Assembly (NCBI RefSeq): GCF_006345805.1
Contig: NC_043000.1
Location: forward strand, 137,516,001-137,580,000
Direction: 5' to 3'
Origin: Octopus sinensis
Taxonomy: Eukaryota
DNA: 64,000 bases
The position numbers were made by a program, and so were the translations under genes. Below, in pieces: positions 1-13,159 of the stretch (within the stretch, counting starts at the first letter, position 1; the number at the start of each line of letters is the position of its first letter). The notes beneath the pieces are model-generated. The model did not search any database, had not been told where the DNA came from, and saw only the letters and a list, made by a program, of their open reading frames with translations.

Positions 1-67
1 GTATGATTTAACAACATCGACACCCTGCACGCACGATGATAACAAAACATTACACACGCACACACAC

Positions 68-68
<1 letters not shown>

Positions 69-124
<56 letters not shown>

Positions 125-256
125 TATACATTATATTTATATATATATACTTATATATATATATACATATATATATACATTGAATTTATATATATATATA
201 TATATATACATATATATACATTATATATATATATACATTATATATATATGTAATGT
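69..256. repeat. (TA)n microsatellite, 5' flank of the LINE insertion
   Basis: Near-pure TA dinucleotide run directly upstream of the RT fragment. Confidence 0.95.
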
Positions 257-1438
257 ATGTCTAAAATATCGAACTCTGATGTCATATACCTTGACTTCAG
301 TAAAGCGTTCGACAGGGTAGACCATAATATCCTACTCTCAAAATCGGCAAATGTTGGAATCCATGGAAAAGTTCTACACTGGATCAAGTATTTCCTGGCG
401 AATAGAACACAACATGTTGTAGTTGATGGAATCCACTCAAGCCCAGCAAAAGTCGCCAGTGGTGTCCCCCAGGGGACTGTCTTGGGTCCGCTACTCTTCA
501 TAATCTACATAAACGACCTTTCCAGTGTCGTACATTACTGCAAAGTGAAAATATTTGCTGATGACACTAAGCTCCAGCAAATCGTCAATGAAGAAGCAGA
601 TCGAACTCAACTCCAGTCTGATCTATATGCTGTGAGTCAATGGGCAGACAGAAGCAAAATGCAAGTGAACGAGGGAAAATTTGAGCTAATGCATTTTGGA
701 AGAAATTCGTCACTAAAACAGCCATACTCTCTTCCTTCAGGGGAACTGCTCACAGCCTCTAACAATATCAGAGACCTGGGCGGAATAGTTGATGACGATC
801 TCAGTTGGAGTGCACACATCAACAAGAAGGTCGATATAGCTCGTAGGATGAGTTCCTGGATCTTAAGAACTTCCCAGTCCAGAGAACAAGGTGTCATCAT
901 ACCACTTTTCTCCTCCTTTGTACGGCCACACCTCGAATACTGCTGCCCACTGTGGTCTCCCCATACAAGACAAAACATCTCGAGGATTGAATCACCCCAG
1001 AGAGCACTCACTAAACGAATTGAAGGCATGGCTGCTCTCGATTATTGGGATCGTCTTAAAGCCTTGAAACTCTACTCTCTGCAGCGTCGCCGTGAGCGGT
1101 ACATCATTTGTACGATGTGGAGAATATACCGCCAACTTTGCCCAAACGACCTGAACATTAGCTTCAAGGTTCATCCAACACTGGGACCACGGGCCATACG
1201 TCCCCTGCCCAATTCAAGATCACAGCATACATGTACACTACAACATAATTTCTTTTCCTCAACAGGCCCTGCTCTATTCAACATTGTCCTGAAAGAGATC
1301 AAAGAGGAACAGGATCCCATCAACTTTAAACGGAGTCTGGATAGATTCCTTCAAAGAATACCAGATAAGTCACCCATAATTGGATACAACTCAGCCAACA
1401 AAAACTCACTACTAGAATGGACCATAAACAAAACTTGA
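257..1438 (+). CDS. Reverse transcriptase fragment of the LINE (uninterrupted 393-codon frame; the ATG lies at the truncation junction)
   Basis: ORF track plus non-LTR RT motifs. No endonuclease domain is present, so the copy is non-autonomous. Confidence 0.75.
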   Translation: MSKISNSDVIYLDFSKAFDRVDHNILLSKSANVGIHGKVLHWIKYFLANRTQHVVVDGIHSSPAKVASGVPQGTVLGPLLFIIYINDLSSVVHYCKVKIFADDTKLQQIVNEEADRTQLQSDLYAVSQWADRSKMQVNEGKFELMHFGRNSSLKQPYSLPSGELLTASNNIRDLGGIVDDDLSWSAHINKKVDIARRMSSWILRTSQSREQGVIIPLFSSFVRPHLEYCCPLWSPHTRQNISRIESPQRALTKRIEGMAALDYWDRLKALKLYSLQRRRERYIICTMWRIYRQLCPNDLNISFKVHPTLGPRAIRPLPNSRSQHTCTLQHNFFSSTGPALFNIVLKEIKEEQDPINFKRSLDRFLQRIPDKSPIIGYNSANKNSLLEWTINKT

Positions 1439-1532
1439 CTTAAACAGGATTCAAATAATCCTATCAGGTGGTGCTATTAAGTTAGACATGGCCTGGACCA
1501 ATCATTGGTCGAAACATATCTAAGTTTAACTA

Positions 1533-1538
<6 letters not shown>
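257..1538 (+). mobile_element. 5'-truncated CR1/L2-group LINE (RT C-terminal half, 3' UTR, stem-loop, short tandem tail)
   Basis: RT motifs [43 protein letters not shown] and [11 protein letters not shown]. The 3' UTR ends in stem-loop GACCAA-TCA-TTGGTC (1496-1510), then GAAAC and (CTAAGTTTA)x2. Confidence 0.92.
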
Positions 1539-1588
<50 letters not shown>

Positions 1589-1605
1589 GTATATATATGT
1601 ATATA

Positions 1606-1642
<37 letters not shown>

Positions 1643-1672
1643 TATATATATAAATATATATATATAAATTCA

Positions 1673-1707
<35 letters not shown>

Positions 1708-1780
1708 TAATGTATATATATATAATATATATATATATATATGTAAATATATATATAAATATATATATATAATATATATA

Positions 1781-1840
<60 letters not shown>
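1539..1840. repeat. (TA)n-rich microsatellite, 3' flank of the LINE
   Basis: Direct reading. Confidence 0.95.
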
Positions 1841-1843
<3 letters not shown>

Positions 1844-2619
1844 TCTGTTTTTAAATTACTTGCTTCGAGACTTGCATTCGGTACGATATGTTTATTTTAG
1901 TAGTTTTAACTTTAAGATTCCCTCCTAGCGTGCGGCATTTATGTGTAATAATGCCCTCTATATAACATAAATAAATATATTTAAGTGAAAAAAATTTATG
2001 GATTTTTTCTCTTATGAAGTATTTCACGCTAACTACTTGATAATTTCTTATGAAGATTTTATCCTATTTTTAAAATATATATATATATTCAGTTATTAAA
2101 TATTATTAATTCATTTTAATATTAATATTAAATTCATTTTAATATTAAATGCATGCTCTGCTAATTATTGCTTTGTAGGTCTCTGCTATAAATTTTTATA
2201 TTTTAGACTGATGCATCGCATCTATATGTTCGTTGTACATGCTAGAAATACCAGCCAAATCACCCTCTTCTCATACCTTTTGAAGTACTTAAGGACCTCG
2301 AATGAATGTTTAACTACTAGGTGCGAGGATTTCTCTTGCTATCCGCAGTTTAAAAAATACATATTCGCTGAAATTAAGGTACATCCATCTATGATGTAAT
2401 TTTTCGAAATACATGAGACCACGGTTTTTTTTATGTTGAAGTGTGTCTGATATGTATTTCATCAACGAAACCCTGGGTTGCTATTTTTCACAAGGGTTTT
2501 TGTGTTTTCTTTACATTGTATATGTATATATGTACCTATGGTAAATATAGCTTCGGAAAATAAAAATATTGCCAAAGAAAATAAAAAAGACCCCATTAGA
2601 TTTACTTCTACATTTCATT

Positions 2620-2870
2620 TTCAAAAACAATTGCAGCATGGAAGAAGATTGTAAGCCATTTAAGATGTAGCACGAAGTTTTGTCAGTGAACAGTTTCAAA
2701 CCGACGAAAATATTTTGACGCAAATCAAATTTAAATGTTGAAGTGAATCTAACGGTTTTTTGTGTGTTCTTAAATGGCTTACAATCATCTTGCACGCTGC
2801 AATCATTTTTGTTTCAGAACATGATCTCAGCTCAAGTCACCTGCTATGTAAGTACATCTCCGTAATTTTA
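2620..2870 (-). repeat. Interspersed repeat (second copy at 63733-63866 on +) preceded by an inverted partial copy
   Basis: Reverse complement of 2690-2870 matches 63733-63866 (TTACGGAGATGTACTT...GTAAGCCATTTAAGA...GATTCACTTCAACATTT). GATTGTAAGCCATTTAAGA (~2647-2665) is the reverse complement of ~2768-2786. Confidence 0.75.
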
Positions 2871-2924
2871 TTTCCATTTGTGTTAGAATTTTCGTTGCTG
2901 GAGCGGTATCACAGACTAACTTTA

Positions 2925-3270
2925 TTCAGTACAGTTACCAGCTGACAGACCAGATCTAACTGACAGACCAGATCTTTAATATGAAACTTAGGGATCTGAT
3001 GCATGATATTTTGGAAAATAATGTTTTGGGAGAGGTTGCAGGGTACATGTGGACTATAGATTTTCAAAGGTGTGGACTATCCCATTGTCATATGTAATTC
3101 ATATTAAAAATAGATCCAGAACATTATGATAAACTTGTTTCTGCAGAATTTCCAAATTCACAAGCATAACCAATTCTGTTTCAACATGTCATCCAAAGCA
3201 TGCTACATGGTCCATGTGGAAGAAATAAACCCAATGCAACATGTATGGTTGATGGGAAGTAGAATATGCC
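2925..3270 (+). pseudogene. Helitron Rep (HUH endonuclease) relic
   Basis: Manual translation: PADRPDL...FNMKLRDLMHDILENNVLGEVAGYMWTIDFQRCGLSHCHM*FIL...YDKLVSAEFP...MLHGPCGRNKPNATCMVDGK. This matches the Helitron Rep motifs DRPD, EFQKRGLPHAH and MIHGPCG. In-frame stops are present. Confidence 0.88.
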
Positions 3271-5028
3271 ATGAAATTGAGACACGTGATATGAATTTAC
3301 TTCAGTACTATGGTGCTCAAAATCTGGTTTTACAAGCCATGTTTAAATTTAATTGCTATTTATAGCTAAAGCTGAATATGCAGGTAAACTTTGAGTCAAC
3401 ACGAAGACACGCTCACAATCGATTCATCTTCTTAAGCATTCAGTTTCCCTTTCGCACATATACGAATATCCATCTTGATAATTCAGTTTCCTTCACTTCG
3501 CTAATGGCATTGATAAAGTATGCGCATGACGGGGTTTATTTTGTCAATGTCGAATGAGAACTAGCGTTTTGCTCCTTAGGCAAGAAGTCGCTTTAATTGT
3601 TAATTACACGTATATAGACGTAAAAATGAATGTGTTTTATCACTTGCCCGACTAAACAGACCATATTTAATAACAAGGGAGAAACTTAGAATCTATATGA
3701 AAAAGTCGAGTTCTACTCAGTCATTTTCGTTTCTTTGTAACCAAGGCCTAATAATAGATGGTTCAATGGTAATTTTCATTTCACTTCAAGTTCAAATGAT
3801 ACCTCAATACTCCGCCTCAAAAATCAAAACACAAAAATCAAACAAAATAATATGCAAAATAATATCAACTACCATCATTACAACAAAAGCAACCAATACA
3901 ACAATAATAATAACAGCAAATATCTCTTTTGTGTTTTTGCTTTAATTTGCGACAAATTATTCTCTTGAGGTGAAATGTGAGATGTGGTTTACTTTCTGGT
4001 GTTGCTGTGTCCGAAATGTTAAGGAAAAATAAACATCATGCTGTCTGATTTGATTGATTAATAAGTAAACGATACCTTACAAAGCTCTTGGTTTAATCTT
4101 TTAAATTTCCGTTTGTGTTTTAGTCGAATTGTATGTGCGTGTACGATACACATACATACGTATCGTCTCTTAATTCTGGTTTGCTTCTAGAGGCTCTTCA
4201 ATAGTTTTCTTTTGCTTCTGTTTTCTCCGAAAAGTCTAGAAAATAAATGATTAATCAATAACCAATTACACATGAAGCAATAAAATTGCATTGCATCTTA
4301 CCGTGTATGAGTTTTAACTACTCACAAATCGGATGCATTTAAATGTACATCAACCGATTATTAAAGTAAAATACTTTTAAGTATAACAACATAAAAACTA
4401 GATGATATAAAATAGTAAAATATAATAGTGATGTATACATATATTAAAAGCTCCACCAGCGCAGAAGACGAACGAGGAAAAAAAAAGACATTTGGACATG
4501 AGCAAACTTTTCGGAAAAACCGGAAATACTCACGCTTATATTTGAATATTGGCATTTTCTTTCGAGTCTTGGAATAAATCTATTTATTTTGCTTAATGTG
4601 TTGTGTTGGGGAGAGAACAGAAAGAGGATTATTTCATATTATGTAAAATATTACCTTATGTGTTGTGGCTTACTTTACCGGCGGCATGTTGTGTCCTAGA
4701 GCAAGGTGCTTTATTTCACATTGCTTCAGTTGACTCAGCTTCCAAAGTATGATGCGATGATGAAATGAATATTTGTAAGGGTTCATTCGGCGAAATTTTT
4801 ATATTGTCAATTGCCACTTGTTCGCATATAAAATCGTTTCTTCTCTTGTTTCATTTATCCCGAGGACAACGGCTTATGCTCTAAAAATACAATTCTACTT
4901 ACTATATTTGCCTTAGCTCAACCAATACACTTATACTCGTGTATAAAATGGATTCCAACCTCGACAATTCTGTTATTTTCAGAACGTCTAGGGTTACATT
5001 ATTTAACAGCTCATTCTCTTTCTAATAG

Positions 5029-5285
5029 TGGAGGCGCGTGGCTTAGTGGTTAGGGTGTGACCATCATGATCGTAAGATTGTGGTTTCCATACCTGGACCC
5101 GGGTGACGCATTGTGTTCTTGAGCAAAACACTTCAGTTCACGTTGCTCTAGTCCACTAAGTTGACAAAAATGAGTAACGCTGCGATGGACTGGCGTCCTG
5201 TCCAGCTGGGGAACACATACGCCATTGAAACCGGGAAACAGGGCCCATGAGCCTGGCTAGGCTTTAAAAGGGTGCAATTATTTAT
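5029..5285 (+). mobile_element. tRNA-derived SINE, family S3 (GGAGGCGC head)
   Basis: A-box TGGCTTAGTGG, B-box-like GGTTTCCATACC, central TTGAGCAAAACACTT domain. Related copies at 10880-11060 and a fragment at 4680-4742. Confidence 0.8.
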
Positions 5286-5849
5286 TTTTATTCTCTTTCT
5301 AATGAATGACTGTTATTAGAGGGAGATTTGACAGCTGGCCGCTTTATTTGGCAGGTCGAGAATCTATGCAGAGGTTTCGTTGTTGATTCCTTATATAGTA
5401 TCTGATGTAATACAAGGAAATATTGCAAGCAATTACGTGCTGGATTTGAACATATAACGAATACGTTGAGAACTAAATAATAGTTCACTTACTACCATGT
5501 CTTAAATTTATCTCCACCGCCCTTTTAAACACGTACAGTAATGTGCAGATAATACAATGCGATTTATGAGATATTATCAAATATGATCGACAAAATAAAA
5601 CTAAAATCTCTCTACAGAGCGTTAAGTTCACTATTGTTTTGTCTTATTTGGGATTTAAATATAAAGAATATTGAAATAAATATGATAAATCTTATATGAA
5701 CGTAGCTGATACAGCAGAGTAGAAAAGAGGGAAAAAGAAATATAGTATTTAAGCATGTTTGCGACGTTTACAATATTAATATTAATATCTGTTTAATCTT
5801 CTTATGTAAAATAACTTCCTAGCGGTAGAAATGTCTTCAGGGAGATGGA

Positions 5850-6005
5850 GAAAGTGAGGGAAAGTGAGAGAGAGGGAGAGAATGGGAGAGAAATAGTCAG
5901 AGAGACAAAGACAAAGAATAAAGGAGAAAGCGTAAAGAGAGAGACAGAGGGGGACTGAGTGAGAGAGAGAGAGAGAGCGAGGGCGGGAGAAGTAGACTTC
6001 GATTA

Positions 6006-6064
<59 letters not shown>

Positions 6065-6357
6065 AAAGAAAATACGAAGAGAATGGATTCATAATGATAT
6101 GGTGAAGAGGTTAGAAGGTGTTTCTCTTTATAAATATCAGTGTAAGTGAGGATATATGATAGATCTTATTATTAACATTATTTTAACATATTTCAAATTA
6201 TTTTTACTTTGTAAATGTGTTGTTTACAATTCAGCTTTATGCCTTTTGTATATTTGCAACAGCTATACACAAACACACACACGCACACACACACATATAT
6301 ATATATGATTATACGTATGTATATATACATGCATATACATTTATATTTATATATGGT

Positions 6358-6411
<54 letters not shown>

Positions 6412-6547
6412 TTGAGAGAGAGAGAGAGAGAAAGAGAGGTTGTCTACTCCTTATGCACAGTTTGACTACCTTCTGTACCTACACCTTAGCACCATCATGG
6501 CATCTGATGTGGCTGTTTAAACCAGACATATGTGTATATATATATAC

Positions 6548-6607
<60 letters not shown>

Positions 6608-6610
6608 TAT
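5850..6610. repeat. Cluster of (GA)n, (GT)n, (CA)n and (TA)n microsatellites
   Basis: Direct reading. Confidence 0.9.
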
Positions 6611-6989
6611 ATTTGCATGTATAAGTAAATAAATTCCTATGCAGACACGCATATATGAGTATGTATCCACGTAAATATACACAACAGCTACAGTGGGTTT
6701 CCATTTTCGTACTCTAACGAATGTATAGTTAATACGCGCATCAGGTGGACATAGGAAAGATTGTTAATGTATTTGTATGTCTACATCTGATAAATGTGTT
6801 TTCAAGAGTCATCTTTAATTTGGGTAGTATATTTAATTGTGTGCCAAGGATTTTTTTCTAATTATCTGCAATATACTTTATCAATGTAGCCTTTAATGAA
6901 ACTTATATTATGTAGAGATAGCCATAGAATGAAGATAAATATTCTGTTGCACGCAGTGAAGATAAATAAGCTTAAGTATGCTAGAACAT

Positions 6990-7524
<535 letters not shown>

Positions 7525-10500
7525 CCTCTGCCATCTTGTATGCGTTTGTGTGCATTTCAGTTTTTGATTTCGTGCATTTATATATACATGAACGTACGTA
7601 TGTGCCTTGTAAAGCGAGGAATTGCATGTCATTTTAATTATCAACGCTAACATTGCATTTCGTATTCCTGCAGTCGCCCATTAATTTGTTTTATTCGTCG
7701 GCGATCAGATCATTCGCCATTTACTATTATAATGAAACTCATGTCAGTTATGCAGCCTATAACTACATGCAGAATGACTCTTCCTAAGGAATCGCTGCTT
7801 TCCTCCTCATCCCTCCCAACGCCAGATATCCATCGACAGCTAGAATCCTAGTAGGAAGCAATCAATGGAATCACGTTTCACAACAGATATATTGAAAGGG
7901 GATGTACTCATTGCACGCAAACTATTTCATATCAAGCGTTCAGATTAAACCAAAATATCTAAGTAGTTAGATAGGTTGAGAGCTATTGTAAAATTTTATC
8001 AAACTGTTGTTATTTACTAAATTTTCTGAGGAATTATGTTTCTTCGCTGCAAAAATTCCAGTTGTTTTTTCTTTTTGAATCTGCAGTCAAATCTACATGC
8101 TACCTCAAACATGGCGTCGAAATCGTGATACGATGAAAGATTTACTTGGGAATTTTAAAAGAATAAAAATGTATATTAAAAGTAATAGAATCTAAAAAAA
8201 ACTTTAATCGATGAAATAAAAATTTAATCGAAAGTGTAAAGCAAAGTAAGAAAACTAATTATGAACGGATCTTTCGCTGAAATTGCTTCTTTACGAACAT
8301 AGTACAGTTTGGAATAAAACTAGAGTTTTGAAATCAGATGGAGATATAAGAGAAATGTGAATTTAATAACTAAGAACTTCCATGGTGAGTACGATATTAT
8401 TATAAACATTTCACCAGGATGTAAATTCGATCCGACGAAATCGTTTCTGACAGAAAAATAAGAGAAAAGTAAAAATTATCTTCGGATGTATATAGATGTA
8501 TTAACTTTAAATGAATAGGAAACAGGATGTTATGAGCCTCATACCTTTCTCTAGGACATTAATGACAGATAGGAAATGAATTGGCTTAATTTGAAATTAA
8601 ACCGACATTCATTTACAATAACAAGATTATCTCTTGCTCATAGGCGTTCAACTTAACCCTTAATATAAATAATACGGACAGCTAAAGTTGACGGGTCGAC
8701 TCACAAATCTTTAGGCACCCAAATTTGTGGGATAAGTGCAATGTGGAGTTGTGAGATACATGTCTCTTTTAAGTGGGATTAAGGCGTATCTGACACATTT
8801 CCAATAGTATATAGATGCAGGGGAAAATTAAAATAAACATCTGATTCCTTTTAGTAGAGAGAGTGAACCTAATAGCTTCAATGCAAATTAGCCTCATAAA
8901 TATAGCGAATAAGCTAAAACGTAGAATTAAAACTAGGCTTTATGTTCTTACTGAAGAAATTATTACTGTAAGCCACATTCAAAAGCAACGTAAACAGTGG
9001 TAATCTATAGTGGACTGGAACGGATCCTATCTGTAAGGTGTGAATACCAGTATATAAAGATGGAGAGGTTTAATGTAGTTTGAAAATGTCAGCAGAAATA
9101 CTGGTGGGAGGTTCCTCACCTAATAGCATTGAAAATGTGGAAGATTTATTTTGGTCTTTTCCTTATCTTTTATTATTTTGCAAGAAATGGACAATCTGTA
9201 TCGTGCTTTCTAGAAGTTCTGCTGCTTTTATTATTTAACCGCCGAGGCAGCTTTTATCTTACATCAAATGCGTTCTTATCCGTGAATATCACATGTTTTG
9301 AAAAAAAAGTACAGTGTAACTTGTATTATCTTATCCTGGATACAGGTCCTCCCTTTGAATGACAAGAAGGTGTGATGTGAGAATGATTTGACTGGCATTC
9401 ATAGATCATATGACCAAAGAAAGGATTCATGTGGGTAATTCAACTTGAATTTCTGATGTTCATGGAATGAAGAAATCATAAGAACTTCGTTTAAATGTAA
9501 GCTTTTAGATGTCGATTGTAGAAATATTGAAAGAAAAAAGATAAGGATAGGGTCCAGTAGATTTCTGTTTCAAACGAGCAAGCGCCAATGCTACAGTGGT
9601 CAAAGAAGAAAAGAAACAAAAACAGTGCCGCTGCTAACCAGTGTTTAGGATGTATCATAGAGAGACTATTTGTCAGTCAGTCATTTTATATATTTTGCCT
9701 CTGCCTGGTCAAAATGGGAACTTAGTAGCTTAACATTCACCGAACAGGCATCCGTCGAAAATTGAAAATGACTCTTTTTTTATATTGTAAAATGTCTGTA
9801 ATTGCGATATATAATATTCCGCTATACTTTTGACTTGACACCATTTAAAGACTTCAAGATCTGATTACTCTCTCCAACAGCTCTAGCAACTTTTAGTATG
9901 TTCTCTTCTTGAATCACCAGATCGGCTATGTTGCTGTATTCCACTAATATTCTTTTCTAATCAAGTCAACGTGTTCATTTATATTTGCAATAATGATTAC
10001 AATATCTTTCTCCATAGGAGAAACTATCTCGGTGATATCATTCCACTTGTTATAAATTCATGCTATTTGGTTTGAAAGTTCTTGGTTACGATTTCTTACT
10101 TCAGGTGAATTTATTGATTATGAATTCTTAGTCCGGGTGAATATATTAGTACATTATATTTTTGTGTGTGGTTTATCCTCTCCATAGTTAGGCATTCTCT
10201 TTTGCACTAATACCTATTGTTAACTTAGCGACTATCACCTTTTCTGTTAGCTTTCGGGTAGTTCTGAATAGCAAATTATATACATGTTTGTTTTATTGTC
10301 GTTTGATGTAGGACTGAAGCTTCTGGACATTTGAGTGTCAGTTTTAATTTCATTACATTAAAATTCATAGGCTGAAATCTATATATAGTAATATAAATGT
10401 AAAATTTAAATGTGTATAAAAGCACTGGATTTATTTTCATTAAATCAATGGCGATATTGTGCAAGTAAATTTTAATAATTACCTGTTCAATTCAACCGCT

Positions 10501-10879
10501 TGTATAAAATGTTACAAAATTTATTTATTCTAGTATAGTTCACATATGAAATGTTTGTAAACAAATGACACGCGTCAGATTATTTTAGGGTTTGATAATA
10601 ACCTTGTAGAGTAACAATTATAATGAAGCTATAATAATTCACATGTCTGCAATATATTTGTATAAAAAAGCCAGATATTTTTCTTTTTAAAATTTGAATG
10701 ACCATACGCATCTCTTAACTAAAAAGACATACTTCTTGTACTGGTTTTCTCGTCTGCAATATTGTATACCAGGCAGTCTCCCATAGTTCGAGTAAAACGG
10801 TTCTGTAATTTCTCACTGTAGAACTTACCCAAATAATTGGCTTGTAGTGACGAAATGTATGTGTTACACATTAGCTCAC

Positions 10880-11060
10880 TCCTTTTTCAAATCGACGTTT
10901 CCTAGACAGGTGCCAATTATACCGCACGCCAGGTATCGAAATGATCGCAGAGTAACGGAGATAAAGTATTTTGCCTAAGAGCACAACGCACTACCCAGTC
11001 CAGGAACTGAGACTACGATTTCGCAATCGTGAGTACAGCACATCAACCACTAAGCCATGC
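10880..11060 (-). mobile_element. SINE family S3 copy
   Basis: Reverse complement begins GCATGGCTTAGTGGTTGATGTG...GTGCGTTGTGCTCTTAGGCAAAATACTTT, homologous to 5029-5285. Confidence 0.7.
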
Positions 11061-11087
11061 GAATAAATGCATTGCATATTACATGTA

Positions 11088-11211
<124 letters not shown>

Positions 11212-11215
11212 ATAC

Positions 11216-11253
<38 letters not shown>

Positions 11254-11274
11254 GTTAAATAAAATGAGATAATA

Positions 11275-11600
11275 AAGGCAAGACAGTGTGAATTTTCTAG
11301 GACATTTATAAAGAGAAAGGTAGTCTTACAGCTGTTTCAAGTATATGCGGGCTATCTCTTCATCAGAGACGATATGATAGAGTAAAAGTCAGAGAAGTAG
11401 TAGTGTTCAATATAAGAAATTATTTTGGAAAGGGAGAGATATAGAAAGTATAAAGGGAAATAAAAGAATAAAAATAAAATTATATATTGGTTGCCACAGT
11501 TGTAGCCCCATTATCCAAAGAAAGTTCTGAGTAGAAAGGGTAGAAAGGATTCTTGTCCATGGTATGTAAATTCTAAAAGGAGTTCATATTTTGTTATCCA
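11275..11600 (-). mobile_element. Penelope-like element terminal-repeat remnant
   Basis: Contains a minimal hammerhead motif of the kind established for PLE termini and is flanked by (TA)n/(CT)n. No convincing ORF. Confidence 0.5.
11323..11370 (-). ncRNA. Minimal type-I hammerhead ribozyme motif with intact core
   Basis: Minus strand reads GTCT CTGATGA AGAGATAGCCCGCATATACTT GAAA CAGCTG TA/ AGAC. Stem I is GTCT:AGAC, core CUGAUGA and GAAA are intact, stem III is the palindrome ACAGCUGU and the cleavage triplet is GUA. Stem II is weak. Confidence 0.7.
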
Positions 11601-11614
11601 TTTGTAATAACAAA

Positions 11615-11674
<60 letters not shown>

Positions 11675-11713
11675 CATATATACACATATACATATATATA
11701 TACATATATATAT

Positions 11714-11744
<31 letters not shown>

Positions 11745-11784
11745 ATATATATATGTATATATAGATGTATGTATGTATATATAT

Positions 11785-11821
<37 letters not shown>

Positions 11822-12769
11822 CAACACTCAAACACTTATTTTTCGAAATATACTGAACTAAATTTTACCGATGCAGATCAATACAAATCTCATCAAATTT
11901 CCAGTGTTTTACCTTGAATTAAACAATACATATACTTCTTCCTCCTAAATATAAGATCAAGTATGACTTCCTGTTATTCTATGTTTATTCCTATAAATTA
12001 CTGCTATGCAGTTGCTTAAGAGAAGCATTGCAACGCTGCAATGGTGGAATGTAGCCAATAACCAGAACACAAGATCCACTGGCTTGTTTTATATTTCCTA
12101 CACTTGAATTGTTAACTACACAGCGTATGAAATCATTCATTTTATGTATGTTAACTTTGATTTACTGTGAAGATGGTTTCGGTTTAAAATGTAAGTTAAT
12201 GTGAGCATATTCTCAGCAAATCAACCATCCTAATTTCAATTCTCCTTGGAAGTTCCTCAAGCCTCTAATTCAGGCGTGTATACATCTGATAAAAGAATAG
12301 ACGGAATATCTAATGTTATAAAATCGGAATACTATGTTGCTTTGACAAAAACCCAAAGCAGTTAATTTTAATTTTATTTAGAAGTGCAATAGATAATTAC
12401 ACCACTATCAGATAAACGAATTACGTGATCATTTCTCCTCATTACACTGTTTTGGTCTACAAAGTCTTCGTGGTGTGACTAAATATACTTAAATATATAG
12501 ATGGAAAATGTATTGTCGATGCGTGTCAAGTTATATAAACTGCAGCTTTTACATGGAAAGAGGCCAGTTGTAATTCTGAAGAGAAAATAACGAAACAGAG
12601 CATTCGTTCTGTTTCATCGTAGTTTTAAGCGCTTCGAAAGTTTTTAAGAGATTCTCTTAAAAAAATATAAACTTAAATACGTAACCATCCCGGAAGGAAA
12701 AATAATTACATGGAAATACACACATAGCAATGTGCTGATAGGTGAGGGGAAAATATTTATCTGCGATAT

Positions 12770-12950
12770 TATTTTGCCGTTACGTTCTGAGTTCAAATTC
12801 CGCCGAGGTCGACTTTGCCTTTCATCCTTTCGGGGTCGATAAATTAAGTACCAGTTACGCACTGGGGTCAATGTTATCGACGTAATCCTTTTGTCTGTCC
12901 TTGTTTGTCCCCTCTATGTTTAGGCCCTTGTGGGCAATAAAGAAATAAGA
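12770..12950 (+). mobile_element. SINE family S2, 5'-truncated, little diverged
   Basis: B-box GAGTTCAAATTCC, body GAGGTCGACTTTGCCTTTCATCCTTTCGGGGTCGATAAATTAAGTACCAG, tail CCCTTGTGGGCAATAAAGAAATA. Confidence 0.88.
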
Positions 12951-12974
12951 ATAGTTACCACGTCAGGAAAAAGG

Positions 12975-13140
12975 CGTAGCGGCATTTCTTCCAACTTTAC
13001 GTTATGCATTGAAATGCCACCAGAACCGATTTTGTCTTTCATCCCTTGTGGGTCGATAAAATATATGTACAGCTCATCACTGGCGTCGATGTAATCGACT
13101 TACTCTTCTCCCAAAAATGCTGGCCTTGTGCCAATATTTG
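12975..13140 (+). mobile_element. SINE family S2, diverged copy
   Basis: TCTTTCATCCCTTGTGGGTCGATAAAAT...CGATGTAATCGAC...GCTGGCCTTGTGCCAA. Confidence 0.7.
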
Positions 13141-13159
13141 AAGTTAATATTATTCTTAC

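Noticed and set aside
36-320. YI/IY-, CV-, LS- and RE-rich ORFs here and throughout the window
   Set aside because: They are translations of dinucleotide and tetranucleotide microsatellites.
8600-9080. Faint RTE-like RT words (FNLTLNINNT, FKSNV)
   Set aside because: Too decayed to call without a profile search.
9850-10100. Possible APE-endonuclease relic on minus (IVIIIANINEHV)
   Set aside because: Only one weak motif match, with many stops.
12576-12622. CTGAAGA...GAAAC followed by a hairpin, resembling a hammerhead
   Set aside because: Stem II is 1 bp, stem I is absent and GAAA is paired in a simple 10-bp hairpin.
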